The notes: a model not told the origin generated them from the letters alone. 59,024 nucleotides of DNA from an uncultured virus (IMG/VR IMGVR_UViG_3300047357_001465) (IMGVR_UViG_3300047357_001465), one strand, 5' to 3'. Positions 46,435 through 57,549 are shown, counted from the stretch's first letter. Program-made: numbers and translations.

Positions 46435-49400
46435 TTAAGAGACTAAAACTCCATGATCCACTTCTGCATATATAACAGGGTCATTGAACCCAGCCCCATT
46501 CCAATCGGTGCTGAAATCTGTGTTCTGCACAAAGGCGTCGCCCACTGAACCATAGTCAACGGTCTCGATTACCTGACCTAGGACAATCAAGTCCGCGACC
46601 GCATTAACATTACTTTGGGTAGGGGAACTCAATAGAATAAGCTCATTCGGGCTAGTTCCTACATTATATTCCGTCGATGTCCCAAGAACCGTTGGGACAT
46701 ACTTGTTCAGCCCATTATCTGTTGTGTACCTTAGAACCTGCTTGTTCGTGTCCGCTTGAGAGTTGATGTCAATCAAGTTCGAGGTGTTGATCCCAATCTC
46801 AAGATCTATCTGATTGTTCACGTCATCGTGTGTGAAAGAGATGCCTTGATCTTCAACAAAAGCGTGTGTGCCAGCTTCAAGAGCCGACCCGACAGCGTCT
46901 CTTGCTGATTCAGCAAGGATTGTAGAGACAAACTCACCCGCGTTGGCGTTCCAAACTAAAACTTCGTCGCCTACAAAGTCTCCCGTAGTGACATTGACAT
47001 CTGAGAGGGTGTTGACCGACCCTAGAGATGTGAGGTTAGAACCATCTAACGCACCGAGCTTGCCTTGAACGTCTGTGAGAATTGCCTTGCCTGCATCTGC
47101 ACCGCCTCCGTTTACGGTGGTGTCCGCGAGCGACGCATCTTTCAGACCTAATGTCGCTCTCTGGTCGGCTACCGTAGCATCATCAAGTAGGTCGAGACCC
47201 ACAGAGGTGACTGTGTACGAGTCAATAGAGCCTTGAGCATCGGTATATATGATCTTGTCTGCCCCAAGAGGCTCTAATGCAGATATGTCGTCTAACAGAC
47301 CACTCTGAGCTTGTATGTCCGTCCCGATCTCAAGGTCTAAAGAGGCTCTTACTTGAGCTGGGGTCTCTGCTACAAAGTTACCCCCATCACCTACAATGAA
47401 GTTTCCGTCTGCAACCGCAAGACCAGAAATGTCTTGAAGGTTCGAGCTGAGGGCTAAATCCACTCTACTGTTGGCGTCATCATAGGATGCGGTTAGACCC
47501 GTAGAGTGGTTAGCGTGGTCGAACATCGACCCCGTGATGTCTTGAGCATCCTCTGTGGTATCCGTTAGGTCAGATAATGTTAAAGATCTGATCCAAGATG
47601 CAGTTACAATTTCATTTCCATTTGCCGCAGCAGCGGGTGCCGTTATAGAACCTGAACCTGTTACTGTAAGATTCCCGCTTATTGAGGTGTTCCCAGAAGC
47701 ACCTGCAACTGTGAATAGGTTGTTTCCGACAGTGAGATCGCCTATAGTGGAAATGTTCTCAGCTCCGAAGCTAACTCCATTACCCCCAGAGGTGATAGAA
47801 GTCCCACTCAGGACAAGGTTTCCAAGTGTAGCTCCCGCTGAAGACTCGATCTCTTTACCAAAGACAACCTTCTCTGAGCCGTCTGTAGTAACAAATGTGA
47901 GGTAGTCGTTGCCAGCTTCCGTAAAGATGAGAGCTTCTGCTTGGTTGTCTGTGAGTGAGATCTCCGTCACAGACAGAGTCCCATTAATGGTGAGGTTTCC
48001 ACCTTGCAGAAGAAGAATGTTGCCTCCATCGGACAAGTCCGCAGTAGAGATCACTCTATTCTCGAAGTTAGCTCCATCGTGGACAATGAAGTGCTTGTTT
48101 GCAGACCCCGCAACAGTTACGTCGGAGAGGTCGTTTAAGCCTGAATTAGAGGCTAAGAAGTCTCCCGTGTCATTAGAGACAGCAGTTCCAAATCCAAGAG
48201 TTGCTCTAGCATTAGCTTGATCTATACCCAGAGAGGTTCTAGCTTGAGCGGGTGTCTCTGACACAAATCCGTTTCCGTCACCTACAATGAAGTTCCCCTC
48301 TGTATTGGCGAGTTCGGCAATATCTTGCAGATTATCGGACAGCGTGAGATCAACTCTGTTGTCGGCATCATCATAGGACGCGGTTAGGCCCGTAGAGTGG
48401 TTAGCGTGGTCGAACATCGCACCTGCGATGTCTTGAGCATCCTCTGTGGTATCCGTTAGGTCAGATAATGTTAAAGATCTGATCCAAGATGCAGTTACAA
48501 TTTCATTTCCATTTGCAGCGGCAGCGGGTGCCGTTATAGAACCCGTACCTGTTACAACTAGGTCACCTCCCACAGTGACACCTAATGTTGAAGAGATATC
48601 ACCCTCAACATTTAGGTCACCTGTCTGAACAGGGGCTTTGCTGAGTCCTGCAACAGAGGAGAAGTCAGTGGATGTGCCGTCCACAGCCCCGCTATGTGTC
48701 GCAAATACGAACGCATCTTCTCCCTCATCCCAGAGAACTACAGCATCATCTAGGTCGCCCCTGTTTAGGAAGAGGCCGATGTCGAGGGTGTTATTGTTTC
48801 CTCCGATGCCATTATTAAGCTCGATGACTCGGTCTTTAACAGAGAGGTTGTCCGTATCTATTGTGGTTAGCGTACCTGTAACCGTAAGATCAACGCAGGT
48901 GACAGATCCTGTAGTGGTTATGTTCTCAGCTCCGAAGCTAACTCCATTACCTCCAGAGGAGATGCTAGTCCCACTCAGGACAAGGTTTCCAAGTGTAGCT
49001 CCCGCTGAAGACTCGATCTCTTTACCAAAGACAACCTTCTCACCTGCATCTGTAGTAACAAATGTGAGGTAGTCGTTGCCAGCTTCCGTAAAGACAAGAG
49101 CTTCTGCTTGATTATCTGTAAGTGAGATCTCCGTCACAGACAACGAGCCGTTGAGGGTGAGGTCACCGCCATTTAGGAGAGGGATCTCACTGCCGTCTAA
49201 AAGATCAGCGGTAGAGATCAATCTATTCTCGAAGTTAGCCCCATCGTGGACAATGAAGTGTTTATTTGCAGGTACGGCTATTGAAATATCACTCAGGTCA
49301 TCTAAGCCTGAATTAGAGGATAGGAAGTCTCCCGTGTCATTAGTAACAGCAGTCCCAAAGCCAAGAGTTGCTCTCGCATTAGCTTGATCTATACCCAGAG

Positions 49401-52400
49401 AGGTTCTAGCTTGTGTCGAGGTCTTGAGTACAATGTCGTTCCCGTCACCCGCGAGGAAGTTGTCGGCAGTAGGTGCGGCAATCGCGGAGATCTCGGTTAG
49501 TCTGTCATTTACAGGCTGAAAGTTCCCTCCTACATTGATGAACTGTATTTCATTCTGTACGAACGCCGTAGTAGCTATTTGGGTACTGTCATCACCCTGT
49601 ACTGCTGTAGGTGATTCGGGTGTACCTGTTAGGGTAGGGCTGTTTACTCTAGCAATAGTGGCATCTACCGAGAAGTCTATCTTGTCATTAACATCGTCGT
49701 AAGTCACAGTGATATCTGTTTGAGTACCGCTGTTGATCAAGCTACCTACGGCATCTTGAGACTCTTCAATAATAGTGTTGTCTCCTACTGTCAACGCCCC
49801 TTGTGCATTGAAGATTAAGACCTTACCTTGTGCCTTGTTTGTAGTGTCAACGTCAGACAGATCGTTGATAGAAGACGATGTCTTTATCAGGCTCGTTCCG
49901 TCAGATAACTGATTTGAAGAGAGTTGAATATTCTCAAAGAGACTGTTCCCCGTGTAGACCAAAACTTGGTTTACCAAAGGAGTTCCTGCTTGAGGGTCAT
50001 TAGTTATCGTGACATCATTCAGGTCATCTAAACCTGAATTAGAGGCTAGGAAGTCTCCCGTGTCATTAGAGACAGCAGTTCCAAATCCAAGAGTTGCTCT
50101 AGCATTGACTTGATCTATACCCAGAGAGGTTCTAGCTTGTGTGGGAGTCTTAAGAACGAGATCTGCCCCGTCACCCGCGAGGAAGTTGTCGGCAGTAGGC
50201 TGTGCGATAGCGGAGATCTCGGTTAGTCTGTCATTCTGTTCCTGTACGTCAACCCCAACCTCAAGATTCAGGTGGGCGTGAGGGTCGTTCGATGCGATTA
50301 AGTCTCTACCTTCCTGTGTGACAGCAGAGACTGCAAATGTATTATTGCCTGTTGTGTATAGTATGTTTCCAGCTACAGGGTTAAGGCTTGCGATAGAGAC
50401 TAAAGAGTCCTGTAAAGTGGCGGTGACTTGCCCGTCATTTACTCCACCATCATCTGTATAGGCGAAGGTAATGCCTGTAGAGTGGTTAGCGAGGGTAAAC
50501 TGAGCCCCTACGATGTCTTGAACCGCCTCCGTAGTGTTAGCGAGATCAGATAGCTCAAGTCCTCTTACCCAAGCCGCAGTGACAATGTGGTTATCTGCAA
50601 CAGCTTGTGCGGGAGCGAGGATTGTACCTGTACTGTTTACCGTAAGAGATCCTGTAGTAGAGATATTACCTTGTGAATCAAGGTCGCCCACTCTCAAGTC
50701 TGCGTCTGCGATACCAGCCACTGCATCGAAGTCAATGGTGTTGATATCGACTGCACCTGAGTGTGTAGCCAGCCTAAAGATGTCAAGACCCTCATCCCAT
50801 AGGAAAACTGCGTCATCGAGATTGCCTCGGGTCAGCAGGAGTCCTAAGTCATTTGCGTTATTTCCTACAAACCCGTTATTGAGTTCGATGATACTATTCG
50901 CGACAGCGAGATTGTTTTGGTTATTGATGTTCTGAACGCCGTTTACGGTAAGGTTCTGAACCGTGATGTCACCACCTGTTGTCAGATCTGTGTTTCCAAG
51001 ATCAATCGTACCTGTGGAATCTTCAATAGATCCCGACCCGATAGTCATCGTGCCGTCAATGACGGTTGTTTTTAACAACCTGATTTCTTCGCTGTTGTCT
51101 GTCGTGTCGATTTCGACATAAGACACATTGTTTGTAGACTCTTCGATCTTCAGGGCGATACCTTGATTGTCTGCGACATTCAAGCTGATTTGGTTGCCTC
51201 CAGAGGTGATTGAGTCTACTTCTATATCTGCCACGTTGGTGATGTTTTGATTGTTTGCAGATAGTCCTGAAGAGAGGGTTGTTGCTCCTGTAACAGTCAA
51301 TTCTCCCGCTACTGAGGTGTTACCTGAAGCACCTGCGACTGCAAAGAGGTTATTTCCTACCGTGAGATTACCTGTTGTGGTCAACGCCTCCGTTCCAAAA
51401 TCAACCCCTCCATTGTTTGAGGTAGTGATCGAATTGTCTTCGAGGAGTAGGTTTCCAATTGAAGAACCTGAGATACCTTCAAAGGTCTTCCCAAACACTA
51501 CCTTCTCATCGCCGTCTGTAGTAACAAACGTCAAGTATTGATTTCCTCCCTCAGATATAGATAGAGCGGAAGCCAAGTTGTCCGACATCAAGAGAGAGGC
51601 TGTGGCAAGAGAGGTAAGTGTAGTGACACCTGCGTCAAGCGTGCCTGTGGTGGATATGTTCACCGCATTAAAGGAGATATTGCCTCCTGCACTATTGACT
51701 GTCGCATCATTGCCGTTTGGGGTGATTGAAAGAGAATTTGCTCCCGTATTCGGATTGACGACATTAAGACCGCCTTCCATAGAAGAGAGTCCGTCTACAG
51801 AGAGTGATCCAGAGATCTCCGTGTTGCCTGTAAGACCTTCTACTAGGAAAAGGTTATTCACGTTAATCCCGCCGTTCGGCTTGAACGTGTTCGCGAGAAT
51901 AAGCTCGTCGCTACCGTCTAACAAGGGGACTTTCGACCCATTAGAGAGGTCGGCAGTAGAGATGGTTCTGTTAGAGAAGTCACCCTGTGCGTCGCTAACT
52001 AGCATCTGAATCGGAGCCACCCCAGCGATGCTGACATCAGCCAGATCCTCTAGCCCAGACCCTGAAGCTAGGAAGTCTGCTACTTCACTCGTAGAGGCAC
52101 TTCCAAGACCTAATGCATCTCTGGCGTTCTGGTTCGCGAGGACGACGAAGTTGTTACCGTCTCCTACAATAAAGTTTCCGTTGGCTCTGTTGAGCTGGGA
52201 GAGATCTTGGAGACTGCTTGCTAAGGAGGCGTCTACCCTGTTGTTGATGTCGTCATAGGTGAACGTGATACCCGTAGAGTGGTTCACATGATTAAACATT
52301 ACACCTGCGATGTCTTGAACGTCCTCAGTGGTGTCCGTTAGATCAGATAATGTTAAAGATCTGATCCAAGATGCAGTTACAATTTCATTTCCGTTTGCAG

Positions 52401-54345
52401 CGGCAGCAGGAGCCGTAATTGTACCCGTGCCTGTTACAACTAGGTTAGATTGTAACTCCGCCTCTACGCCTACAACAATTCTCTCCCCCGCGTCTGTAGT
52501 TACGAACGTGAGGTAGTTATTACCTCCTTCAGAGATAACAAGAGCCTCGGCTTGATTGTCCGTGAGGGTGATCTCTCCTACAGACAGGCTTCCATTGAGA
52601 GTAAGGTTTCCACCCTGTAAGAGGGGGACGCTAGCTCCATCTGCAAGATCGGTGGTCGCTAGAGTCCTGTTCTCGAAGTTAACTCCGTCGTGGATAATGA
52701 CATGCTTATTTACAGGAGCTACCACCGCCACATCATTCAGGTCATCTAAACCTGACCCTGAAGCTAGGAAGTCTCCTGTATCATTAGTAACCGCAGTTCC
52801 AAATCCAAGAGTTGCTCTAGCGTTGGCGGGGTCAATTTCTAGAGAGAGCCTTGCCTCAACGGGAGTCTTAAGAACGAGATCTGCTCCGTCTCCTGCAAGG
52901 AAGTGGTCTGCAGTAGGCTGTGCGATATCGGAGATCTCGGTTAGTCGGTCATTCTGCTCCTGTACATCAATCCCAACCTCAAGATCAAGAGCCACTCTAG
53001 CTTGAGCTGGGGTCTTGAGTACGATGTTATTGCCGTCGCTGATGAGGATGTTGTTAAGAGCCTGCCCTGCATTGGCGATGTCTTGTAAGCTTTGATCGAG
53101 AGATCCTCTAATTTCAGAGCTTGCATCATCATAGGTAAAGCTCATACCTGTGGAGTGGTTCAGGTGAGTGAACTGACCTCCAACAAGGTCTTCAACCTCT
53201 TCTTGCGTAAATCCTGTGTTTGGGGGGTTGACCTGCTCGAGAACTCCTCCTACAACCTGAAGGATCTTTCCGTTAACTAAGTTTCCGACTAAGCTAACAT
53301 CGTTAAGGTCGCCTATAGAGGAGTTAGCTGTTAGGAGGTCTGCACCGTCTTGGAGGTCTGCGGAGGACAAAGCCCTGTTTGTAAAGTTAGCTCCATCATA
53401 GACCAACACTTGATTTAGAACGGGGTTTGCCACAGTTACGTCGTCTAAGTCATTAGCGGAACTCACGGAACTCACTAGACCAGGTGAGAATGACCCGTTA
53501 TTGTAGACGATAGTATCACCATTCTGAATCCCTTGTGTGTCCACATCAGAGAGGGTGTTTATACTAGGTAGTGCGGTTAGGTTAGCTCCGTCTAGTGCAG
53601 GTAAGGTACTTTGTTCCGCGAACTCAAGAACCTCGCCTACATTAGTGCCTGTGTCCTTAGTGGAGGCAGTGCCGAAAGCTGGTGTGTCTGAAAGGTCGTT
53701 GTAAGACAAGACTTGGTTTACAAAGGCTACTCCATTATATCGGAGTATATGTCCGTCTACGGCACCTGCTATTAGGACATCACTGAGGCCACTAATAGAG
53801 AGGTGATCTATCGTGACGACGCCTGATATTTGAGAGTTTGCGTCGTCATATGTCCAAGTGACACCTCCGCCATCTTGGAACATACCTCCTACAAAATCTT
53901 CAATATCTTCTTGAGTGAAGCCTCCCCCACCATTAGCGGGGTCTACTTGGGTAAATACTCCACCTACAACTTGGAGTATTTTCCCGTTTACTATACCGTC
54001 TCCAAGATCTACGTCTTGGAGGTCTCCGATAGAAGAGAGGGTGTCTACGATGCCGAGATTTGTTCTAGCATTCGCTTGAGAGGCAACGCCGAGATCGGCA
54101 ATCTCTGAGAGGAGGTTATCTACAACAAGGAAGTTCTGAGGATTACTGCCGTTGAGGGTCTCTATTTCAATGATTGCGTCTTGTATTGCCGCGTGTACTT
54201 CTGCGGGGTAATCGTTAGTCCAGACAACGCCGTTTCTTCGTATATTACCGACTGAAGTAAACCCGTTCTCGTCCGAGGTTACGGTGAAGGTGTATATGCC
54301 GAAAGAGGTGGCTACTTCATAGTTCTTACTGATCACGTCTGCCAT
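46435..54345 (-). CDS. very long tail fibre-like protein (2636 aa)
   Basis: LxDLxDV, ARATLG, EDxQDIxG repeats; SPTLTGTP..TQIATTAFV fibre motif. Confidence 0.8.
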   Translation of the reverse strand: MADVISKNYEVATSFGIYTFTVTSDENGFTSVGNIRRNGVVWTNDYPAEVHAAIQDAIIEIETLNGSNPQNFLVVDNLLSEIADLGVASQANARTNLGIVDTLSSIGDLQDVDLGDGIVNGKILQVVGGVFTQVDPANGGGGFTQEDIEDFVGGMFQDGGGVTWTYDDANSQISGVVTIDHLSISGLSDVLIAGAVDGHILRYNGVAFVNQVLSYNDLSDTPAFGTASTKDTGTNVGEVLEFAEQSTLPALDGANLTALPSINTLSDVDTQGIQNGDTIVYNNGSFSPGLVSSVSSANDLDDVTVANPVLNQVLVYDGANFTNRALSSADLQDGADLLTANSSIGDLNDVSLVGNLVNGKILQVVGGVLEQVNPPNTGFTQEEVEDLVGGQFTHLNHSTGMSFTYDDASSEIRGSLDQSLQDIANAGQALNNILISDGNNIVLKTPAQARVALDLEVGIDVQEQNDRLTEISDIAQPTADHFLAGDGADLVLKTPVEARLSLEIDPANARATLGFGTAVTNDTGDFLASGSGLDDLNDVAVVAPVNKHVIIHDGVNFENRTLATTDLADGASVPLLQGGNLTLNGSLSVGEITLTDNQAEALVISEGGNNYLTFVTTDAGERIVVGVEAELQSNLVVTGTGTITAPAAAANGNEIVTASWIRSLTLSDLTDTTEDVQDIAGVMFNHVNHSTGITFTYDDINNRVDASLASSLQDLSQLNRANGNFIVGDGNNFVVLANQNARDALGLGSASTSEVADFLASGSGLEDLADVSIAGVAPIQMLVSDAQGDFSNRTISTADLSNGSKVPLLDGSDELILANTFKPNGGINVNNLFLVEGLTGNTEISGSLSVDGLSSMEGGLNVVNPNTGANSLSITPNGNDATVNSAGGNISFNAVNISTTGTLDAGVTTLTSLATASLLMSDNLASALSISEGGNQYLTFVTTDGDEKVVFGKTFEGISGSSIGNLLLEDNSITTSNNGGVDFGTEALTTTGNLTVGNNLFAVAGASGNTSVAGELTVTGATTLSSGLSANNQNITNVADIEVDSITSGGNQISLNVADNQGIALKIEESTNNVSYVEIDTTDNSEEIRLLKTTVIDGTMTIGSGSIEDSTGTIDLGNTDLTTGGDITVQNLTVNGVQNINNQNNLAVANSIIELNNGFVGNNANDLGLLLTRGNLDDAVFLWDEGLDIFRLATHSGAVDINTIDFDAVAGIADADLRVGDLDSQGNISTTGSLTVNSTGTILAPAQAVADNHIVTAAWVRGLELSDLANTTEAVQDIVGAQFTLANHSTGITFAYTDDGGVNDGQVTATLQDSLVSIASLNPVAGNILYTTGNNTFAVSAVTQEGRDLIASNDPHAHLNLEVGVDVQEQNDRLTEISAIAQPTADNFLAGDGADLVLKTPTQARTSLGIDQVNARATLGFGTAVSNDTGDFLASNSGLDDLNDVTITNDPQAGTPLVNQVLVYTGNSLFENIQLSSNQLSDGTSLIKTSSSINDLSDVDTTNKAQGKVLIFNAQGALTVGDNTIIEESQDAVGSLINSGTQTDITVTYDDVNDKIDFSVDATIARVNSPTLTGTPESPTAVQGDDSTQIATTAFVQNEIQFINVGGNFQPVNDRLTEISAIAAPTADNFLAGDGNDIVLKTSTQARTSLGIDQANARATLGFGTAVTNDTGDFLSSNSGLDDLSDISIAVPANKHFIVHDGANFENRLISTADLLDGSEIPLLNGGDLTLNGSLSVTEISLTDNQAEALVFTEAGNDYLTFVTTDAGEKVVFGKEIESSAGATLGNLVLSGTSISSGGNGVSFGAENITTTGSVTCVDLTVTGTLTTIDTDNLSVKDRVIELNNGIGGNNNTLDIGLFLNRGDLDDAVVLWDEGEDAFVFATHSGAVDGTSTDFSSVAGLSKAPVQTGDLNVEGDISSTLGVTVGGDLVVTGTGSITAPAAAANGNEIVTASWIRSLTLSDLTDTTEDAQDIAGAMFDHANHSTGLTASYDDADNRVDLTLSDNLQDIAELANTEGNFIVGDGNGFVSETPAQARTSLGIDQANARATLGFGTAVSNDTGDFLASNSGLNDLSDVTVAGSANKHFIVHDGANFENRVISTADLSDGGNILLLQGGNLTINGTLSVTEISLTDNQAEALIFTEAGNDYLTFVTTDGSEKVVFGKEIESSAGATLGNLVLSGTSITSGGNGVSFGAENISTIGDLTVGNNLFTVAGASGNTSISGNLTVTGSGSITAPAAAANGNEIVTASWIRSLTLSDLTDTTEDAQDITGSMFDHANHSTGLTASYDDANSRVDLALSSNLQDISGLAVADGNFIVGDGGNFVAETPAQVRASLDLEIGTDIQAQSGLLDDISALEPLGADKIIYTDAQGSIDSYTVTSVGLDLLDDATVADQRATLGLKDASLADTTVNGGGADAGKAILTDVQGKLGALDGSNLTSLGSVNTLSDVNVTTGDFVGDEVLVWNANAGEFVSTILAESARDAVGSALEAGTHAFVEDQGISFTHDDVNNQIDLEIGINTSNLIDINSQADTNKQVLRYTTDNGLNKYVPTVLGTSTEYNVGTSPNELILLSSPTQSNVNAVADLIVLGQVIETVDYGSVGDAFVQNTDFSTDWNGAGFNDPVIYAEVDHGVLVS

Positions 54346-54469
54346 CGTACTTCCCTTTAATCTAGTTTCTTAGATAACTGAATCAATAAATAGTTTATTG
54401 AGAGAAACCAAGATCTTCGTTGACTCCTTTTGTTTTAGACTCTTTATACTCGGGTTGAGAGGTTTTTAA

Positions 54470-55435
54470 ATGAAGGAGGGTAAGAGTATGAGAGATCTTT
54501 TTTTGAGTAAGGTACAGGATAAGGGGGGGTTCGTTTGTCATCATGCACATTTTGACAAGGCGTACCTCATCTCTCCCGAAACGCTTGAAAAGTCACAGAG
54601 TAGTCTTCGGGAGAAATGGGATCTGTATCGGGAGCTTAAAGAGGGTTACACACATTCTGACTTATATAGCAGAATGTGTCGTGGTGTAGAGGCTATGGTG
54701 TCTCAAGGTGTCACTAAATGCAGAACCTTTATTGATGCTGATGGTATTGTGGGAACTGCCCCTATGGAGGTTGCCTTAGAGGTCAAGAATCACTATAGAG
54801 CAAAAGGCTTCGACCTCCAACTAGCGGTTCAGCCACTTGAAGGCGTTCTGGAGGCTGAACCTCGCCGTGCATTCGTAGAAGCCTGTGAAATGGCAGATGT
54901 TGTGGGCGGTCTTCCCGATAGAGACAGAGATCCTGAGGCACATATGGATTTCATATTCTCTTTGGCAAAGAGGCTAGGGAAGCCTGTTGATGTTCATGTG
55001 GGACAGAACAACATCCCCTCTGAAAGAGAATCGCATATGGTTGTAAATAAAGTCATACGGCACGGGCTAGAGGGTCAGGTGAACCTAGTTCACGCAATTT
55101 CCTTAGCTTGCCAAGACACGTATCGCAGGTCTTCGACTATCAGGAAGATTAAAGACACAAACACAGGGGTGATAGTCTGCCCCTCAGCCGCGATCAGTAT
55201 GAAGCAAAAGACACACATATACGCCCCGATACACAACTCTATAGCTCCTGTGAGGGAACTCGTAGATGCAGGGGTCGATGTGATGCTTGGGGTGGATAAT
55301 ATCCATGACCTCTTCATGCCCCTTGTTGACGGGGATCTGTGGTTTGAATGCCGCCTTATGATGGAAGCGATTAGGTGTTATGATCTCGACCTTGTCGCAA
55401 AGATAGCTTCTAATACTAAAGGCTTTCAGGTATGA
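54470..55435 (+). CDS. amidohydrolase, cytosine-deaminase (CodA)-like
   Basis: HAHFDKA, GVTKCRTFID, VGGLP, DVHVGQ, VHAIS, LGVDNI; start may be 54488. Confidence 0.85.
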   Translation: MKEGKSMRDLFLSKVQDKGGFVCHHAHFDKAYLISPETLEKSQSSLREKWDLYRELKEGYTHSDLYSRMCRGVEAMVSQGVTKCRTFIDADGIVGTAPMEVALEVKNHYRAKGFDLQLAVQPLEGVLEAEPRRAFVEACEMADVVGGLPDRDRDPEAHMDFIFSLAKRLGKPVDVHVGQNNIPSERESHMVVNKVIRHGLEGQVNLVHAISLACQDTYRRSSTIRKIKDTNTGVIVCPSAAISMKQKTHIYAPIHNSIAPVRELVDAGVDVMLGVDNIHDLFMPLVDGDLWFECRLMMEAIRCYDLDLVAKIASNTKGFQV

Positions 55436-55747
55436 CCAGAAACAGATATCTCTTCTAGGTCAAAGTAGCCAACAAAAAATAGCTTAGCCCGCCTAGACTT
55501 TTTGTTCACATTCCGTATTGTGTCATCTGCTCCGCTGTGGTATCAACGGTATGAGGCTCATGGCTTCATTCAAGAAGTAACACATGAAAGATTAAACCTT
55601 CTCCTTCGATAGCTTGGAGGAAGGTTACTTAGCCATTATAGAAGCATCCGAGAGTTACGGGAGGCTTCAAGAGGCAATATTGACAAGGTTTTTTGATCGA
55701 ATTTTATGCCTGTCCTAAGAGATAGGTCATTTAGGGGGTTTTGAGAG

Positions 55748-56956
55748 ATGCATAATGTTAAATCTGTAATTGGAGGTCAGTGGGGTGATGAGGGGAAAGG
55801 AAAGGTTGTGGACTTTCTCTCCTCAGACGCCGATTACTGTATTCGTTTTCAGGGAGGATCTAATGCGAGTCATACCATTATCTATGAGGGAGAGACTTTC
55901 AAACTTCGCCTCTTACCGTCTGGTGTTCTCCAAGGAGCTGAAGTTATACTCGGAGCGGGTATGGCCATTAACTTAGATGTCCTCTTTTCTGAGATGAGGG
56001 ACGTTGAAGAGAGGCTGAGCATTTCCCTAGAGGGGTCTCTTCACATAGACAGCAGAGCTCACCTTGTTCTCCCTACTCACATCTACTACGATGTTCAAAG
56101 AGAAGAGGCTTCAGGCAACCGTATCGGGACTACTCGAAATGGAATTGGGCTTTGCTACGAAGATAAGGCTCGCAGGGTGGGTATTCGTGCAGGCGATCTT
56201 CTTGATTCTAAAGAATTGCCTCACCGTGTAGATGTTTTCTTGAGGGCTTACGGAGAGAACACATCATATCAAGAGACGAAGCTTCTAGACATCCTCGAAG
56301 AGTGGTCGGAGCAGTGGAGGGGGTATATTAGGACAGACATGACTTCTTTTCTTCATGGTATCTTTCATGAAGGGAAGAATGTGGTCATTGAGGGGGCTCA
56401 GGGAACTCTCCTTGATGTCACACATGGGACATATCCTTATGTCACCTCTTCCCACACTATCGCCCCTAGTATCGGTGCGAGTCTGGGCTGTGCTCTACCT
56501 CGAGATACAGATACTATCGGAGTGTTCAAGGCGTATTGCACTCGAGTAGGTGAAGGCGATTTCATATCTGAGGACTTAGACGAAGACGGGGAGAGACTTC
56601 AAGCGATAGGCAAGGAGGTTGGTGTTGTCACCGCTCGTAAACGTAGGTGTGGGTGGTTGAACCTTGACGACCTCATTTATGCTCACCAGCTCAACGGCTT
56701 CACGCAGATTGCTTTAACCAAAGTCGATGTCTTGGATGGCTTTGAGAAGGTGAAGGTGTGGTATCAAGACCAGATGCACCTGCTTGAGGGCTGGGGAGGT
56801 TCAGCCTCGGCGAAGTCTTGGGAGGAACTGCCTGAGAATCTTCAGTGGTTCATCTCTTTCATAGAAGATAACTCAGGAGTTCCTGTAACTATGGTCTCTA
56901 ACGGAGCAGGTAGGGAGAATACCTTGTTGCACCCAGACTTTATAGACCCTTTTTGA
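55748..56956 (+). CDS. purA: adenylosuccinate synthetase (PurA-type)
   Basis: GQWGDEGKGK, QGGSNASHT, IGTT, EGAQG, YPYVTSS, TRVGEG, RKRRCGW, TKVDVL. Confidence 0.93.
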   Translation: MHNVKSVIGGQWGDEGKGKVVDFLSSDADYCIRFQGGSNASHTIIYEGETFKLRLLPSGVLQGAEVILGAGMAINLDVLFSEMRDVEERLSISLEGSLHIDSRAHLVLPTHIYYDVQREEASGNRIGTTRNGIGLCYEDKARRVGIRAGDLLDSKELPHRVDVFLRAYGENTSYQETKLLDILEEWSEQWRGYIRTDMTSFLHGIFHEGKNVVIEGAQGTLLDVTHGTYPYVTSSHTIAPSIGASLGCALPRDTDTIGVFKAYCTRVGEGDFISEDLDEDGERLQAIGKEVGVVTARKRRCGWLNLDDLIYAHQLNGFTQIALTKVDVLDGFEKVKVWYQDQMHLLEGWGGSASAKSWEELPENLQWFISFIEDNSGVPVTMVSNGAGRENTLLHPDFIDPF

Positions 56957-57416
56957 GATCAGAGATCTCAGATTTAATGTCGTCCAGCATCCTTGAAGCA
57001 ACACGGATCTGGTCGGCTCTCTTTCGGTTCTTCCAGACCCTCTCATAGACGGTCTTTAGCTTTTTCCCGAAAGAGTATTTCCTCTCCACCTTGTTCATCA
57101 TGTCATCTATGATCTTAGAGTAGTATTTGGCTTTCGGGTCTCTTCTAAGATCTACGAGTTTTCCTGCTAACTCCTCAAGGCCTTCATCCGTCTGCTTAAA
57201 CTTTCTACTCTTTAGGGTATCTGCCACATCATTCAGGGTTGCTAACACCTTAGTATAGGTCTCTACCTCCTTTCTGTTTTTCTTCAGAAAGGATTTTGCT
57301 TCTTGTTGTTCAGGGTGGTTTCTATCTCTAGCGTAAGATTGGATGGTAAGCAGGGAAACTTCTCTGCCGTTGAGCTTGAACTTTTTACCTGTATAAGCCG
57401 CTTCGAGGTGCCTCAT
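56940..57416 (-). CDS. helical hypothetical protein with the shared QIRVAS tail
   Basis: C-terminus KRADQIRVASRMLDDIKSEISDLKKGL; no pentapeptides. Confidence 0.7.
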   Translation of the reverse strand: MRHLEAAYTGKKFKLNGREVSLLTIQSYARDRNHPEQQEAKSFLKKNRKEVETYTKVLATLNDVADTLKSRKFKQTDEGLEELAGKLVDLRRDPKAKYYSKIIDDMMNKVERKYSFGKKLKTVYERVWKNRKRADQIRVASRMLDDIKSEISDLKKGL

Positions 57417-57549
57417 TTATCTTCTCTACCTTCTATCCTTCTTTGTATAACCTCTACCGTATATAAAAGAAATATCAATTGAGGAGCGTGGCGACCTTAA
57501 GGACACCCTTCAGGACATACTTGGAGGCGTCAGATCAACCTGTACTTAT

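Noticed and set aside
38874..54108. Many plus-strand ORFs within the two fibre genes
   Set aside because: Antisense shadows caused by codon bias of the long minus-strand genes
55436..55747. Gene or pseudogene between the deaminase and purA
   Set aside because: Plus-strand frames are interrupted by stops and no recognisable homology supports a call
55748..56956. PurZ / 2-aminoadenine (Z) genome pathway
   Set aside because: The protein has GDEGKGK with the PurA catalytic Asp (PurZ has Ser there), and no dATPase or MazZ-like neighbour was recognised
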